Below, one piece after another: positions 49,973 through 63,014 of a stretch of DNA of 64,000 nucleotides (its first letter is position 1; each line of letters opens with the position of its first letter). The DNA is from Pristiophorus japonicus (lineage: Eukaryota), in assembly GCF_044704955.1 (NCBI RefSeq), contig NC_091984.1, forward strand, positions 104,532,001-104,596,000, given 5' to 3'. The position numbers and the translations under genes were made by a program. The notes below the pieces were generated by a model that worked only from the letters and a program-made list of their open reading frames with translations, did no database searches and was not told the origin of the DNA.

Positions 49973-51907
49973 AGGAACTTTTTTTTTTTAAAAACTCTTA
50001 CAGCAATGCCAATGACACTGCACCTGATTTTACTAGAGATACTTGTAAAGTTAACCAGCAATCCGAGCTCCATCATGTGATCCATGCAGTTATCATGAGC
50101 TATGCAAATCTGTTTTTAACTTCAAGGGCACGGTGGCAAATACAACTGGTGCACTGCGGACTCTTAAAATAGGTAGAGTTATGCCTCAAGTTTTGGTAAA
50201 ATTTCAAATTGGAATAATCTGACCCCTCTTCTCTTCCCCCCCCCCCCCCCCCCCCACAAAAGACATGCAGGTGCCAAGAGGTTCAGAAGCTCACTTACCC
50301 AACAGGCGGAGATAAAAGCTGAGAAGCAAGAGTATGACGGGCTTGAATAGGGCAGCCACGTTTCAGAATTTCTGACCCTTTTTCCATAGAATGGATTTGA
50401 AAAAGCGTTACATTTAAATGTTGGGGTTCAAAGCAATGTACTCACACAAGTTTGCAAAAGGGCAGAGACAAAATTCTGATTGGCTAGGCATTGAAATTGT
50501 GTTCTCAAAGCCTGTAGATAATAAGCAATTGGTTAACCAGTCTCAGTAATTAGTAAACACTTCAAACGCATTGTGTTCAGAGGTCACTGATGCCCCATAG
50601 AAAGTGCCTGATATAGGCCCTCTTGTCAGGTTGAGCACATGTAGATAAAAAAGGTGACAGAAAAAGAGAGTCAGGTTTTAAAAAAACAATGCTGCAAAGT
50701 TTTCATTAGAGGGCTAGAATGCAAGAGAGTAGGTAAGTTATTTTGTTTAAGTAAAGCAAGTTAACAGAAGCGTAGCATTTTCATTATTTTGCCAAGAGAA
50801 GTTGTACTGATTGAACAAAGTAGTTCCGGTCATAACTATGTCCACTTGCTGTGAAGTAAAGGGGCTTAACAATTCATAACTGACCTTATCTTATGAAGGG
50901 TTTTCTTAGTTTACCATCAAAAAGAATAGAGATGCATACACAAAAGACATGAACAGCCAGTTACACTATCATAGTTAGATAGTGGGCAGTTCTAGGACAT
51001 CCCAAACGTAAATCGCTCGAACAACATGACTAGCACTGCTGTAACCAAGAGATTGTTTAAGGCTAGACCCAAACTTATAACAAGGACATTCAAGAATTGG
51101 TGAAGAATCAGAACAGCATCAGGATTCAAACAGCCTGACCATCACAAACATGGAAACTGGGCGGGAGGGGGACAGGGGGAAGAGAGGGAGAGAGAAATTT
51201 TGAAACACTTTGCCATTCAGAGGAATTAGAGGTGGAAATGGTCAACAAATGATGATTGGAAATGAGGATTAGCAGGACATTGTGGCTTAAATTTAGTCTC
51301 AGAATCTAGAAAGGGTTAATGAGTACATTTATGAATATTATTCATAAAATAAATGCGTTCCTCTTTAAAACACTTATAATGCATTTTTGAAGATTTTTGG
51401 ACCCCTGAAGGCAATTTCAAATGTCATCCCATTAGAGAACTCAGTGAGACCACATGCCAGTTCTTTCCATTTATCGGAAACAGTGGATCTGGCAACATCT
51501 GTTCAGCCTCCTATGCTGATAAAGAGCCAAATGATCCATTTCTGCCACATTTATTGAATTTTAGACCTACCCCGTCTGCTTGGAGAGTTCTGATGTACAC
51601 TGGCCCAGTCTCAGAGGCTCCAATATTAAATTCTGTTTACAGAGTGACCAGATGTTGGTGAGACCTGTGTTAGAGAAAACTGTCCCATAGTTTCAGTATA
51701 TTCTTTCCCTTTAAAAAGTCATCAAAACTATTTTTAAACTCTCAATGTATCTATCCTTTTGAAACTTCTGGTCTAGTTCATGGTGTGCACAATAGTTTTT
51801 GCCATTTTTTTCCCCCATTAGTCATCTTGCCCATGTTATCTCTGGAACTATGTTCTTCAATGCTGGCAATTTATTTGTCATTGCCTTGGACATCTCCAAA
51901 GCCGTCA

Positions 51908-52160
51908 CAAGAACATAATAATTAGAAGCAGGAATAGGCCATACGGCCCTTCAAGTCTGCTCCGCCACGGTCATGGTAGATCTTCGGCCTCAACTCCACT
52001 TTCCCGCCCAATCCCCATCCCTCAATTCCCCTAGAGTCCAAAAATCTCTCTCAGCCTTGAATATACTCAACGACTTATCATCCACAGCCCTTTGGGGTAG
52101 AGAATTCCAAAGATTCACAACCCTCTCCCAACCCCTTATCCTGAGACTATGCCTTCTAGT
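51908..52160 (-). mobile_element. CR1 3' end fragment
   Basis: Reverse complement of a CR1 3'UTR (aagaacata...ggccatacggccc). Confidence 0.7.
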
Positions 52161-53190
52161 TTAGTTTGGTTTTCTACACTCCCATATCAACAAATTCCAT
52201 ACTTATCCAGTTCTATTTGCTGATGGTTCCACTCTCCAACATTCTTCAGATCACACTGCCTTAGTGCAGACAATACAGAGATCAGCAAGCTCTGCCGGAA
52301 TCAGCAAATTCCACTTGTTGTTGGGGAATAGATCCAAACATTTTAAATGTACTTAAAAAGTAGAATAAGCACAGTGCAACAACTGATGAGGTGATCAAAC
52401 CAGTATTTATTTTATGATTCCTTGAGCAAAAGAAAAAAAATCTTGTCCACAAAACCCATGTCAGGAAATATTACATTTGGATCAAAAACTACAAACACAA
52501 AAGCTGGAGTTTGAATATAATAAAGTAAAAATTTTACAGCAACTCAGCAAAAATATTTTAACTTGGGAGGAAAAAAGGAAATGCACTAAAAACTCAGCCC
52601 AGATGTAAAATAAAAACCACAAGGTTTATTACCAATGAACTACTGACAAATGGATACTTTAAACTGTATTCGCGGAGGTTACTGTGGCTCAATATTTACA
52701 TAATGTATGTGAGCAATTGTTTCATGTATCCAAGAGCATGATACACCATGATGTAGGTACAGAAAGGGGATGCGAACAAGAGGGGAAAATGTCAATACAT
52801 CAGGTCATAAATTGATTAAAACTTCAGTTAAATGTCCATTCTGATAGTAGAAATAGAAAACGCATCATATATTAAATGTTACAGGCAATGACATTTAATC
52901 TGTACAAAGGAACAACCAGTGCGATCGAAAAGGTCAGCTGCTAACAGGTTTTCAAACATGCAGACAAGAGTGGTGTGTAACATATAGCTGTGCTATAGCT
53001 CAGATACCTTTAATAAAACAGGCCATTATCTATAGGTCAATTAAAAATAGTTCCAATTACTCTGTATCCAGGAATGTAACAAAAACAATATTTATCTTAA
53101 TTATGAAATTTCACCTCAACCAGACATTTGGCAAAAATTACCATTTCAAATTTCAGAACATAAGGAGAGTCCAAATTTAATCCCGATTGT

Positions 53191-53343
53191 CTAAATCGTC
53201 GACTGGTCCAGGTTCACTTTAATCGGTAATGGTCCTGCCATGTCCTTTTCATCCTTGGATTTGATGATAATCAGAGAGGATGCTGGATACTGAGTTAGCT
53301 TCAATTCATTCATAAACTCCATGTCACCATATATGCTCAGTTT
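53191..53343 (-). CDS. TMEM59: TMEM59 last coding exon
   Basis: KLSIYGDMEFMNELKLTQYPASSLIII...AGPLPIKVNLDQSTI*; AATAAA candidates at 52625-52630 and 52406-52411. Confidence 0.95.
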   Translation of the reverse strand, partial: KLSIYGDMEFMNELKLTQYPASSLIIIKSKDEKDMAGPLPIKVNLDQSTI

Positions 53344-53459
53344 CTGTAATAGCAAGGCATATCTAGTCACAAAACTTATAGATTTCTTCATTTGTCAATG
53401 TCACATGAAGATTTTCTTTTACATTTTTTTTTATAAAAGCAGTATTTTATTCATTTATG

Positions 53460-56400
53460 GTCTCAGCGTGGCAGCAGGCTGGTGCAGCTGATATGTCCTC
53501 ACTCACCATCAGCACTCCAGGTTTCGGAGCTTGAACAGCAGCTGGAGTCACTGCGGTGCATCCACGAGGTCGAGAACTTTGTGGATAGCACATTTCTAGA
53601 GGTGGCCACCCTACAGATTAAGAGTGTGCAGAGAGGGTGATCGCCAGACAGAGAGGAGGACCAGGCAGGTAATGCAGGAGTCCCGAGTGCATCTCGCAAT
53701 CCAAGCAGTGTTCTGTTGAGGGCAATTGTTCCTCTGCGAAGTGCAGCTAGAGCCAAGTCCACAGCACCACAGGTGGCTCAGCTGCACAGGGAGAGGAGGT
53801 GGGGGAAGAGGAGGAAGAAGAGTGATAGGGGATTCAATTGTTAGGGGAGCAGACAGGCATTTCTGCAGCCGCAGAAGTGACTCCAGGATGGTATGTTGCC
53901 TCCCTGATGCCAGTGTCAAGGATGTCACAGAGCGGCTGCAGAGCATTCTGGGGGTTGGGGGGAGAAAGAAAGGTGGTGAACTGCCAGAGGTCGTGGTCCA
54001 TACCAGTCCTAAGACATAGGTAGAAAGAGGGTAGAGGTCTTGAAGGTAGATTTTAGGGAGCCGGAGAGAGATTAAAAAGCAGGACCTCCCGGTGCTATGT
54101 GCTAGCGAGTACAGAAATAGGAGAATAGGACAGATAAATGTGTGGCTGGAGGGACAGTGCAGGAGGGAGGGCTTTAGATTCCTGAGGCATTGGGACTGCA
54201 TCTGGGGGAGGTGGGACCTGTACAAGCCGGAGGGTTGCACTTCAACAGAGCCGACACCAATATCCTCGCGCGGGGCCCGGGGGTGGTGGGGGGGGGGGGG
54301 GGGGGGGGGGGGAGAAAGGAGGGGGATTCGCAGTATTGATTAAACAAACAATTACAGCTGTGAGGAGGGATGGGTTGAATTGAAGACAAAAAAAGGGGCA
54401 ATTACACAGTTGGGAGCGTACTAACAGTCTTGCGGCCAACATCTCGCCATAGGCAACTAGGCTCATACAGCAGTGTCTGGTCCCTAGTCGTCTTGGATTC
54501 TCTTGCCACTGGACCAAGACCTTGCTCAGCTAAGCCCGTGTGGTAGTCGGTGTGTAACGACCACCCCACATTAAAAGAACTCACGCACAGGCATCTTCCA
54601 CTCATCTAATATAAAGTTCAGGACCTGGAACGTCAGAACCCTAACGGACAACTCCAGCAGTGACAGGCCGGAATGCCGCACCGCCATAGTTGCCCGAGAA
54701 CTTAAGACGCTTTGACATCGACATCGCCGCCCTAAGGGGGGCCCAGCGGGCAGGAGAAGGCCAGCTCAAGGAACATGGTGGAGGTTATACCTTTTTCTGG
54801 AAAGGAAAACCAGAGGAAGAACGCCGCCTTCATGGAGTCGGCTTTGCCGTCAAAAATGAACTGGTCGGTCGCCGCAAAGACTCCCCTGCGAGGTTAACGA
54901 ACACCTCATGACCCTTCACCTTACCCTATCCTGGAACCAATGTGCCACAGTCATCAGTGTGTACGCCCCAACACACGAGGCTAGAGAGTTTTTATTCCAA
55001 CAGAGACATTCCTGTCCTGCATCCCCACAGGCGACAAATTGATCCTTCTAGGTGACTTTAATGCCAGGGTTAGCAAAGAGACAGCCCTCTGGGGAGGCAG
55101 GATTGGCAGAGGGGGTAGGGAAATCCAACTCCAACGTCACCCTACTCCGGGCAAAATGTCTAGAACATGAACTCATCAACACCATGTTCCGCCTGAGGGA
55201 CAAATACAGGGCATCGTGACAACACCCTCGCTCCAAACACTGACACCTGCTGGACTAGGTCATCGCTCGAGCCAGGAATCGCAAGGATGTGCGCATCACC
55301 CGCGCCATGACAGGAGCCGACGACTGCTGGACGGACCATTGCCTACTCCGATCCATCATCAATATTAACATAGCCCCAAAGCAGAGAGGACAGCAGAAGT
55401 AGTTAACTTTTTTGCAGCACAACAGGCACTTAGAGACCCAGCTAAGAGAGCCCTATACAGCCAACGCCTCACAGCCATTCTAGCATGCCTTGATGACCTC
55501 TAGATGCTCAATGCCCACAGCGCTTGGTCTGCCTTCCAGGCCTCCATAACCAGTGCCTGTGAAGAGACACTTGGTTACTCAACCAGAAAACACCAGGACT
55601 GGTTTGACGATGAAAACGATCAGGAGATCCAAGAACTAATGGATCGTAAGCGCAGAGCATTTCTGAGCCTCAAGCAATAACCCAATTCGGGAGCTGCAAA
55701 GCAACGTTAGACGACTCAAGGCTGAGGTCCAACAAAAAACCCGGGACCTAAAAGAACAGGTGGTGGATGGAGAAAGCGCAGGTGATACAACAACTAGCCG
55801 ACACGCAAGGATTCTTCATTGCAGTCAAGGCCACCTACGGTCCAAACTCCCAAGGCCCCACCCCACTCCTGTCCAAGAACGGAGAAATGCCCATCAAGGA
55901 CACCGCGGCTGTCAGGGCCCGATGGAAGGAGCACTTTGAAGATCTCCTCAATCGAGACTCTGCCTTTGACTCGAGTGTTCTCAACTCCATCCCGCAGCAT
56001 GCAACCCGTCACCACCTCAGTGAAACCCCAACGGTGCACGAGACAGGCAAAGCCATAAAACAGCTCAAGAACAACAAGGCTATGGGTGCGGATGGAATTC
56101 CTGCTGAGACGTTAAGATATGGTGGACAGGCGCTGTTTGCGTGGATACATGACCTCATCTCTCTCACTTGGAGGGAGGAGAGCATGCCGGGAGATCTCAG
56201 ATGCAGTGATCGTGTCCATTTTTAAAATGGGGAACAAATCCGACTGCGGCAACTACAGGGGAATCTCCCTATCAACCACTGGGAAGGTTGTCGCTAGAGT
56301 TCTCCTCAATCGTCTTCTCCGTGGCCGAGGAGCTCCTTCTGGAGTCGCAATGCGGATTTCGTCCCCTACGGGGAACGGACATGATCTTTGCAGCACAACA

Positions 56401-59400
56401 ACTGCAGGAAAAATGCAGGGAGCAACGCCAGTCCTTATACATGGCCTTTTTTCGATCTCACAAAGGCCTTTGACATTGTCGACCGTGAGGGTTTATGGAG
56501 TGTCCTCCTCAGTTTTGGATGCCTCTGAAAGTTTGTCAACATCCTTCGCCTGCTCCACAACGACATGCAGGCTGTGATCCTTACCAGCGGATCCATTACA
56601 GAACCATTCCACATCCGGACCGGGGTCAAACAGGGCTGAGTCATCACTCCAACCCTCTTAATCTTCCTCGCTGCCACGTTCCACCTCACTGTCAACAAGC
56701 TTCCCGCTGGAGTGGAACTAAACTACAGAACCAGTGGGAAGCTGTTTAACCTACGCCGCCTCCAGGCCAGGTCCAAGATCACCCAAACCTCTGTCGTTGA
56801 ACTGCAGTACGCGGACCACGCCTGCGTCTGCGCACATTGAGACTGAACTCCAGGATATAGTTGATGTATTCACCGAGGCATATGAACGCATGGGCCTTAC
56901 GCTTAACATCTGTATGACAAAGGTCCTCCACCAGGCTGTCCTCGCCGCACAGCACTACCCCCAAGTCACCAAGATTCACGGCGCAGCCCTAGACAACGTG
57001 GACCACTTCCCATACCTTGGGAGCCTCTTGTCAACAAAGGCAGACATTGATGCGGAGATTCAACATTGCCTCCAGTGCGCCAGTGCAGCCTTCGGCCGCC
57101 TGAGGAAAAGTGTTTGAAGACCAGGCCCTCAAACCTACCAAGCAGCTCATGGTCTACAGGGCTGTAATAATATCTTCTCTCCTGTATGGATCAGAGGCAT
57201 GGACGATGTACAGAAGACACATCAAGTCGCTGGAAATGCATCACCAACAATGTCTCCACCCAGGCTAACATCCCCAGCATTGAAGCACTAACCACACTCG
57301 ATCAGCTTCGCTGGGCAGGCCACTTAGTTCGCATGCCAGACACGAAACTCCCTAAGCAATTGCTCTACGTGGAGCTCCTTCATGGCAAACGAGCCAAAGG
57401 TGGGCAGCAGAAACGTTACAAGGACACCCTCAAACCCTCCCTATTGAAGTGCGACATCACCACTGACACCTGGGAGACCCTGGCCGAAGACCGCCCTAGG
57501 TGGAGAAAGTGCATCTGGAGGGCGTCCAGCTCTTCAAATTTCAACGCTGCAAGCGTGAAGAGATCAGGCGCAGGCAGCAGAGGGAGTGTGTGGCAAATCA
57601 GTCCCAACCCCCCTACAAATGTCTGTCCCACCTGTGACAGGGTCTGTGGCTCTCGTGTTGGACTGTACAGCCACCAAAGAACTCACTATTAGTGGAAGCA
57701 AGTCTTCCTTGATTCCAAGGGTCTGCCTATGATAATGATCAGTCAGAGGGAGATAGAAGAGCAAATATATAGGCAAATTTCTGAGGTGTAAAAACTATAC
57801 TGCTGTAAGAGTCAGGGATTTCAACCACCCCAATATTAACTGGGATAAAATTAGTGAGAAAGGTAGAGAGGGTGCGGAATTCCTAAATTACATTCATGAG
57901 AACTTTTTTAGCCAGTATGTAGCAAGCCCAAGGGAGGGGGCAGTTTTGGACTTTGTTTTAGGGAATGAAGCTGGGCAGGTGGAAGGGGCATCAGTGAGAG
58001 AGCATTTTGGTGCTAATGATCATAATTCAGTTAGATTTAGGGTAGTTATGGAAAGGGACAAAGATAGATCAGGAATAAAAGTTCTCAATTGGGGAAAAGC
58101 CAATTTTCTTAAGCTGAGGTGATTTAGCCATAGTGGACTGGAAACAGCTACTTGAAGGTAAATCAGTGTCAGTAGTGGGAGGCATTCAAGGAGGTCGTCC
58201 GGAGGGTTCAGAGCAAATATGTTCCCTTAAAGAAATGTAGAGACCCCTGGATATCAAGTAACATACAGGGTAGGATAAAAAAAAAAGGGAGGCTTATGAC
58301 AGATACCAAGGGCTTCATACTGCAGAAACTCTAGGAGTATAGAAAATGCAAGGGTACAATGAAAAAGGAAATTAGGAAAGCCAAGAATGAGCATGAAATA
58401 ATGTTGGCAAGTAAAATCAAGGAAAACCCAAAGATGTTTTATAAATACATTAAGGAGCAAGAGGAGAACTAAAGAGTATGGCCTATTAGAGACCCTAAAG
58501 GTAATCTGTGTATGGAGGCGGAAGACATGGGTATGGTTCTTGAATACTTTGCATCTGTTTTCACAAAAGAGGGGCGATGCAGATATTGCAATCAGGGAGG
58601 AGGAGTGTGAAATATTAAATGAAATAAACAGATAGAGAGAGGAATTATTAAGAAGTTTAGCAGCATTGAAAATGGATAAATGCCCAGGTCCAGATGAAAT
58701 GTATCCCAGGCTGTTAAAAGCAAAAGAAATAGCAGAGGCTCTGACTATTTTCCAATCCTCTCTGGATACAGGTGTGGTGCTGGAGGACTGTTAACGTGGT
58801 ACCTTTGTTAAAAAAGGAGACAAGGATAGACCAAGTAATTACAGGCCAGCCAGCCTAACCTCAACGATGGGAAAATTATTGGAAAAAATTCTGAGGGACT
58901 GGATAAATCTTCATTTAGAAAGACACAGATCAATCAAGGACAGTCAGCATGGATTTGTTATGGGAAGGTCGTGTCTGACTAACTTGATTGAATTTTTTGA
59001 GGAGGTAACAAGGAAGGTCAATGAGGGTAGTACGTTTGATGTAGTATATATGGATTTTAGCAAGGCTTTTGATAAGGTCCCACATGGCAGACTGGTCACA
59101 AAAGTAAAAACCCATGGGATCCAGGGTAAAGTGGAAAGTTGGATCCAAATTGGCTCAGAGGTAGGAAGCAAAGGGTAATGGTTGATGGGTGTTTTTGTGA
59201 CTGGACAGTTGCTTCCAGTGGGGTTCTACAGGGCTCAGTACTAGGTCCCTTACTTTTTGTATCAATGATTTAGACTTGAATGTAAGGAGTATGATTAAGA
59301 ATCGGATGTGTGGTTGATAATGAAGAAAGCTGTAAACTGCAGGAAGATATCAATGAATTGGTCAGGTGGGCAGAACAGTGGCAAATGGAATTCAAATCCG

Positions 59401-60170
59401 GAGAAGTGTGAGGTAATGCATTTGGGGAGGGTTAACAAGACATGGGAATATACATTATGTGGTGGGACACGGAGAAGTGTAAATGAACAAAGGGACCTTG
59501 CAGTGCATGTCCACAGATCCCTGAAGGTAGATCAGGTAGTACCAAGATGGTTAAGAAGGCATAAGGAATACTTGCCTTTATTCGCCGAGGCATAGAATAC
59601 AAGAGCAGGGAGGTTATGCTTGAACTGTATAAAACACTAGTTAGGCCACAGCTAGAGTACTGTGTGCAGTTCTGGTCACATTACCGGAAATATGTGATTG
59701 TACTAGAGTGGGTACAGAGATTTACGAGGATGTTTCCTGGTGAATTTTAGCTATAAGGAAAGATTGGATAGGCTGGGTTTGTTTTCTTTGGAACTGAAGA
59801 GGCTGAGGGGAGACCTTATTGAAGTGCATAAAATTTTGAGGGGCCGAGATAGTGAATAGGAAGGACCTATTTCCTTAGCAAAGGGGTCAACAACCAGAGG
59901 GCATAGATTTAAAGTAATTGGTAGGAGGTTACATTTCTTCACCCAGAAGGTGGTGGGGGTCTAGAACTCACTGCTTAAAAGGGTGGTAGAGGCAGAAACC
60001 CTCACCACATTTAAAAAGTACTTGGATGTGCACCTGAAGTGCCATAACCTGCAGGGCTACAGACCAAGAGTTGGAAAGTGGGATTAGGCTGGATAGCTCT
60101 TTGTCGGCCGGCGTGGACACGATGGGCCGAAATGGCGTCCTTCCGCTCTGTGAATTTCTATGATTCTACG
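53460..60170 (+). mobile_element. Decayed CR1 LINE (ORF1 53460-54400; ORF2 57740-60170) interrupted by an RTE
   Basis: ORF1 SGNH motif GDSIVRGADRHFC; ORF2 YMDFSKAFDKVPH; ttctatga tail. Confidence 0.85.
54400..57739 (+). mobile_element. Near full-length decayed RTE-clade LINE
   Basis: TWNVRTL, LRRFDIDIAAL, GYTFFWKGK, ARWKEHFEDLLN, QLRWAGHLVRMPD, C-terminal CPTC..H..H finger and (tga)n tail. Confidence 0.92.
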
Positions 60171-61129
60171 AATAGGACGACGTAATAAAATGTTAGTTAC
60201 ATGCAGGTCAGTGCTGGACTCAGTACCCAGCACTCACTCATCCCTCATGAATGCTAAAGACTTCAGCTGGTGGATAATTAAGTTTAAATTCATTTTCTGA
60301 TCAAAAGAACTGCCAGGTACATATAACATTTATAAAAACTGTACTTGTACTTTCACCGTTTGTCAACAGTTATTATCCGATTGAAATGTAATGAGTGAGT
60401 TAATGTAAATTACAAAATACGGCAATACTCATACCAAAAACCTCAACAGAAAGACATAGCTTCAATAGAAAGATATGCAAATGTCAAAATTAAAACAGAT
60501 GAGCACCTGGTCGGAAAGCAGAAATGACCATGTAGTACTGTACTGATTTCTTAGTCTCAGTCCAACGGCTACAAAGCAGAGGTGACGTACTTTCCTTTAA
60601 GGGGATACAAAACTGGGATTTTTAATCCCAGAGATTTTTCAGAGTTTCTCATCAATGCTGCATTTGAATCAGTTTCCTTAAACTATCAGTTATAGGAATA
60701 CTGCTCAGCCAGTGCATTCAATGGCAAGTGATGGCTCAAACATTAGGAATAAAAATCAGAAGCAGATCAGAAGTGCAACCAGCAGAAAGTGGGTAGGAAA
60801 AGAGAAGTGCATCTTGAATAAGTGAGTACAAGGACATTTTAAAATATACACGCCAATCTGAATATTGTGGAGTTTTTCTTCCCCTTTGGAATCACACTCC
60901 CTCCATTCGCTCATTTCATGCCCCCTTCTCCCCCCCCCCCCCCCCAATTACACCAAGTTCAGGGATTCTACAATTATGGAGCCTTACAGCAGAGTGTTAT
61001 TTTGGCAAAGTACTATTCTTATTCAAGGGTTTACGACAGAGTTACAGTTGAGGAGTTGGCTTATAAATTGGTTTATTAAAAACATTTAAAATTTAATACT
61101 CTCTCCATACGTCAACAATAAAGCCAGCT

Positions 61130-61520
61130 GTGTGGATCCTAAGCTTATGGTTTGTGACATGCAGGATGTCACAAAGTATCCAGAGAGAGTATGTTTTTGT
61201 GGTGCTAAATCTGTCGAAAAACTAATTAAGGGGCTTGAGAACCATCTAGAAATGCTGCTCATTGCAGACGAGAAAATGTATCTCCCAGACACCTTCCATG
61301 AGGCTTTCACTAGCCAGGTAGAGGGAACAGCAATATATAGACGGCAGCCCTAGAGTATGAAAAATAGGCAGAAACAGAACCATTGCAACAGATTTCTGGT
61401 ACTGGAGTTGGACATGGATGGAAGTTCAGGGGAGTGCAACCAGGATCAGGTCAATGGCACTCTGATTACTCCAGGGGAACAAAGATAAAAGGACAATAGT
61501 AGGGGACCCACCCAAGAAAA
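61130..61520 (+). mobile_element. Old CR1 ORF1 N-terminal fragment
   Basis: GLENHLEML..DTFHEAFTSQV resembles ELEQQLESL..STFLEVATLQI at about 53530; IVGD-like motif downstream. Confidence 0.45.
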
Positions 61521-62121
61521 GCTAACGAGAAAAATAAAATTGCACATCAGCATGTTATGCAATTAGAACTCACTAATAACACAGCTCTGCCCTCCTACTC
61601 TGGAGTATTCCCACAGATAAATTATTTCACAGCACCAAAGGAGATTAAAAACCATGTAATTTTTTTTTTCAAACTGTATTTCCTCATATGATTGTAATGG
61701 GCTGTTAGGAGTTCAAAACACCAGGCAGATGATGGGTTTTGCAATTACAGAAATAAATCCACTTAAAAAAATGATGGCGCTCTTCTACACACACAACTGC
61801 ACATCACTCTGTTCTGTCTCCTTTACACTCCTACATGAGTAATGGTAAAATTCCCCATCAAAAATGTTCTTACTGTAATTTTCTTGTCTAACATGATTGA
61901 CAATTCAGCATTGAGGACCGCTTACAGGAGATACAAGGTGCCATGTGTAACAGCACCATGTGAAAAGGATGATCAAACACGGTGCAGAACACTGACCGCT
62001 TCCTAGTCCCATCTCCGTTTTCACGTACATACACTTCATAATGTTCAACTTCCTTCAGCCCGAGTAACTAACTTCAATCTGGAGGCATGATGTAGTATTA
62101 GGATGATTACATCAGTCTTAC

Positions 62122-62239
62122 CTCAGATGGATTGTGCTGCTCCACAGCAGTGGCAGCAGTAGCACAACAGATCCACAACAGCACCAGCACGGAGAGCACC
62201 AAGGTGGTGGTTAATATCCAGCGAGGTATCCCCGCATTC
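62122..62239 (-). CDS. TMEM59: TMEM59 penultimate (transmembrane) exon; gene continues beyond the right edge
   Basis: NAGIPRWILTTTLVLSVLVLLWICCATAATAVEQHNPSE; AG/GTAAG. A possible next donor lies at 63996-63997. Confidence 0.95.
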
Positions 62240-62719
62240 CTGAAAAAAACAATTTAGTAAAGTTTCGTAATCCTGTATTTTATTACCCATTAGGGCTGGT
62301 GTAGGTTTCTGAAAAATATGGGATCGAAAAAGCTTCTGTGAATGTATTTCTTTTGTTCTTCCTTTAGTCATTCCTTGCCTAAGGCATAGTTTCCAGACTT
62401 CTGCTGCACAAGGTTGTACCGAAGAGGCTGCGAGAGTGGCCAAAGCAGGTCACTCATCTGGCTTCCTTTCCTGTGGAGAAATACCCAGTCTCTGACTCTG
62501 CGCAATGGTACAGTAGGGGATTTGGCAACACCTATATTGCCAACTTGGAGTGCCCTCATACTTTCTGCATGGCACAGGGCATCATTTTTTCCACTTAATG
62601 GGAATTAATGTTACAAATTTTATTTTAAGTAAAATTAATTCAACTTGTGATGCTTTACAATATAGTCAATAGATTAAGAAAGCCTTGCTATAAGAATTTT
62701 GTAATTATTTCTGTGCTTA

Positions 62720-63014
62720 CATCATCATAGGCAGTCCCTCGAACGAGGATGACTGGCTTCCACATGAGTTCACAGATGTTTCAATGAAGGATCCGATGTT
62801 CCAGTCCTGAACTCCAATTGAGGGGGTGGAAGATGCCTGTGCGTGGATTTTTAAAAAAAACTTGTGGTGACCGTTGCACATCAGCCACCACACAGGCTTG
62901 ACAGAACTAGGCCTTTATCCAGTGGCAAAGGTTAACCAGGACGACGGGAGACCTGCTCTGCTGCACGGACCTAGTGCACACATATCACAGTGTGGGTAGG
63001 CCTGTGCTGCCCCT
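62720..63014 (-). mobile_element. Non-autonomous RTE derivative
   Basis: Reverse complement of the 34573-34884 family. Confidence 0.8.
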
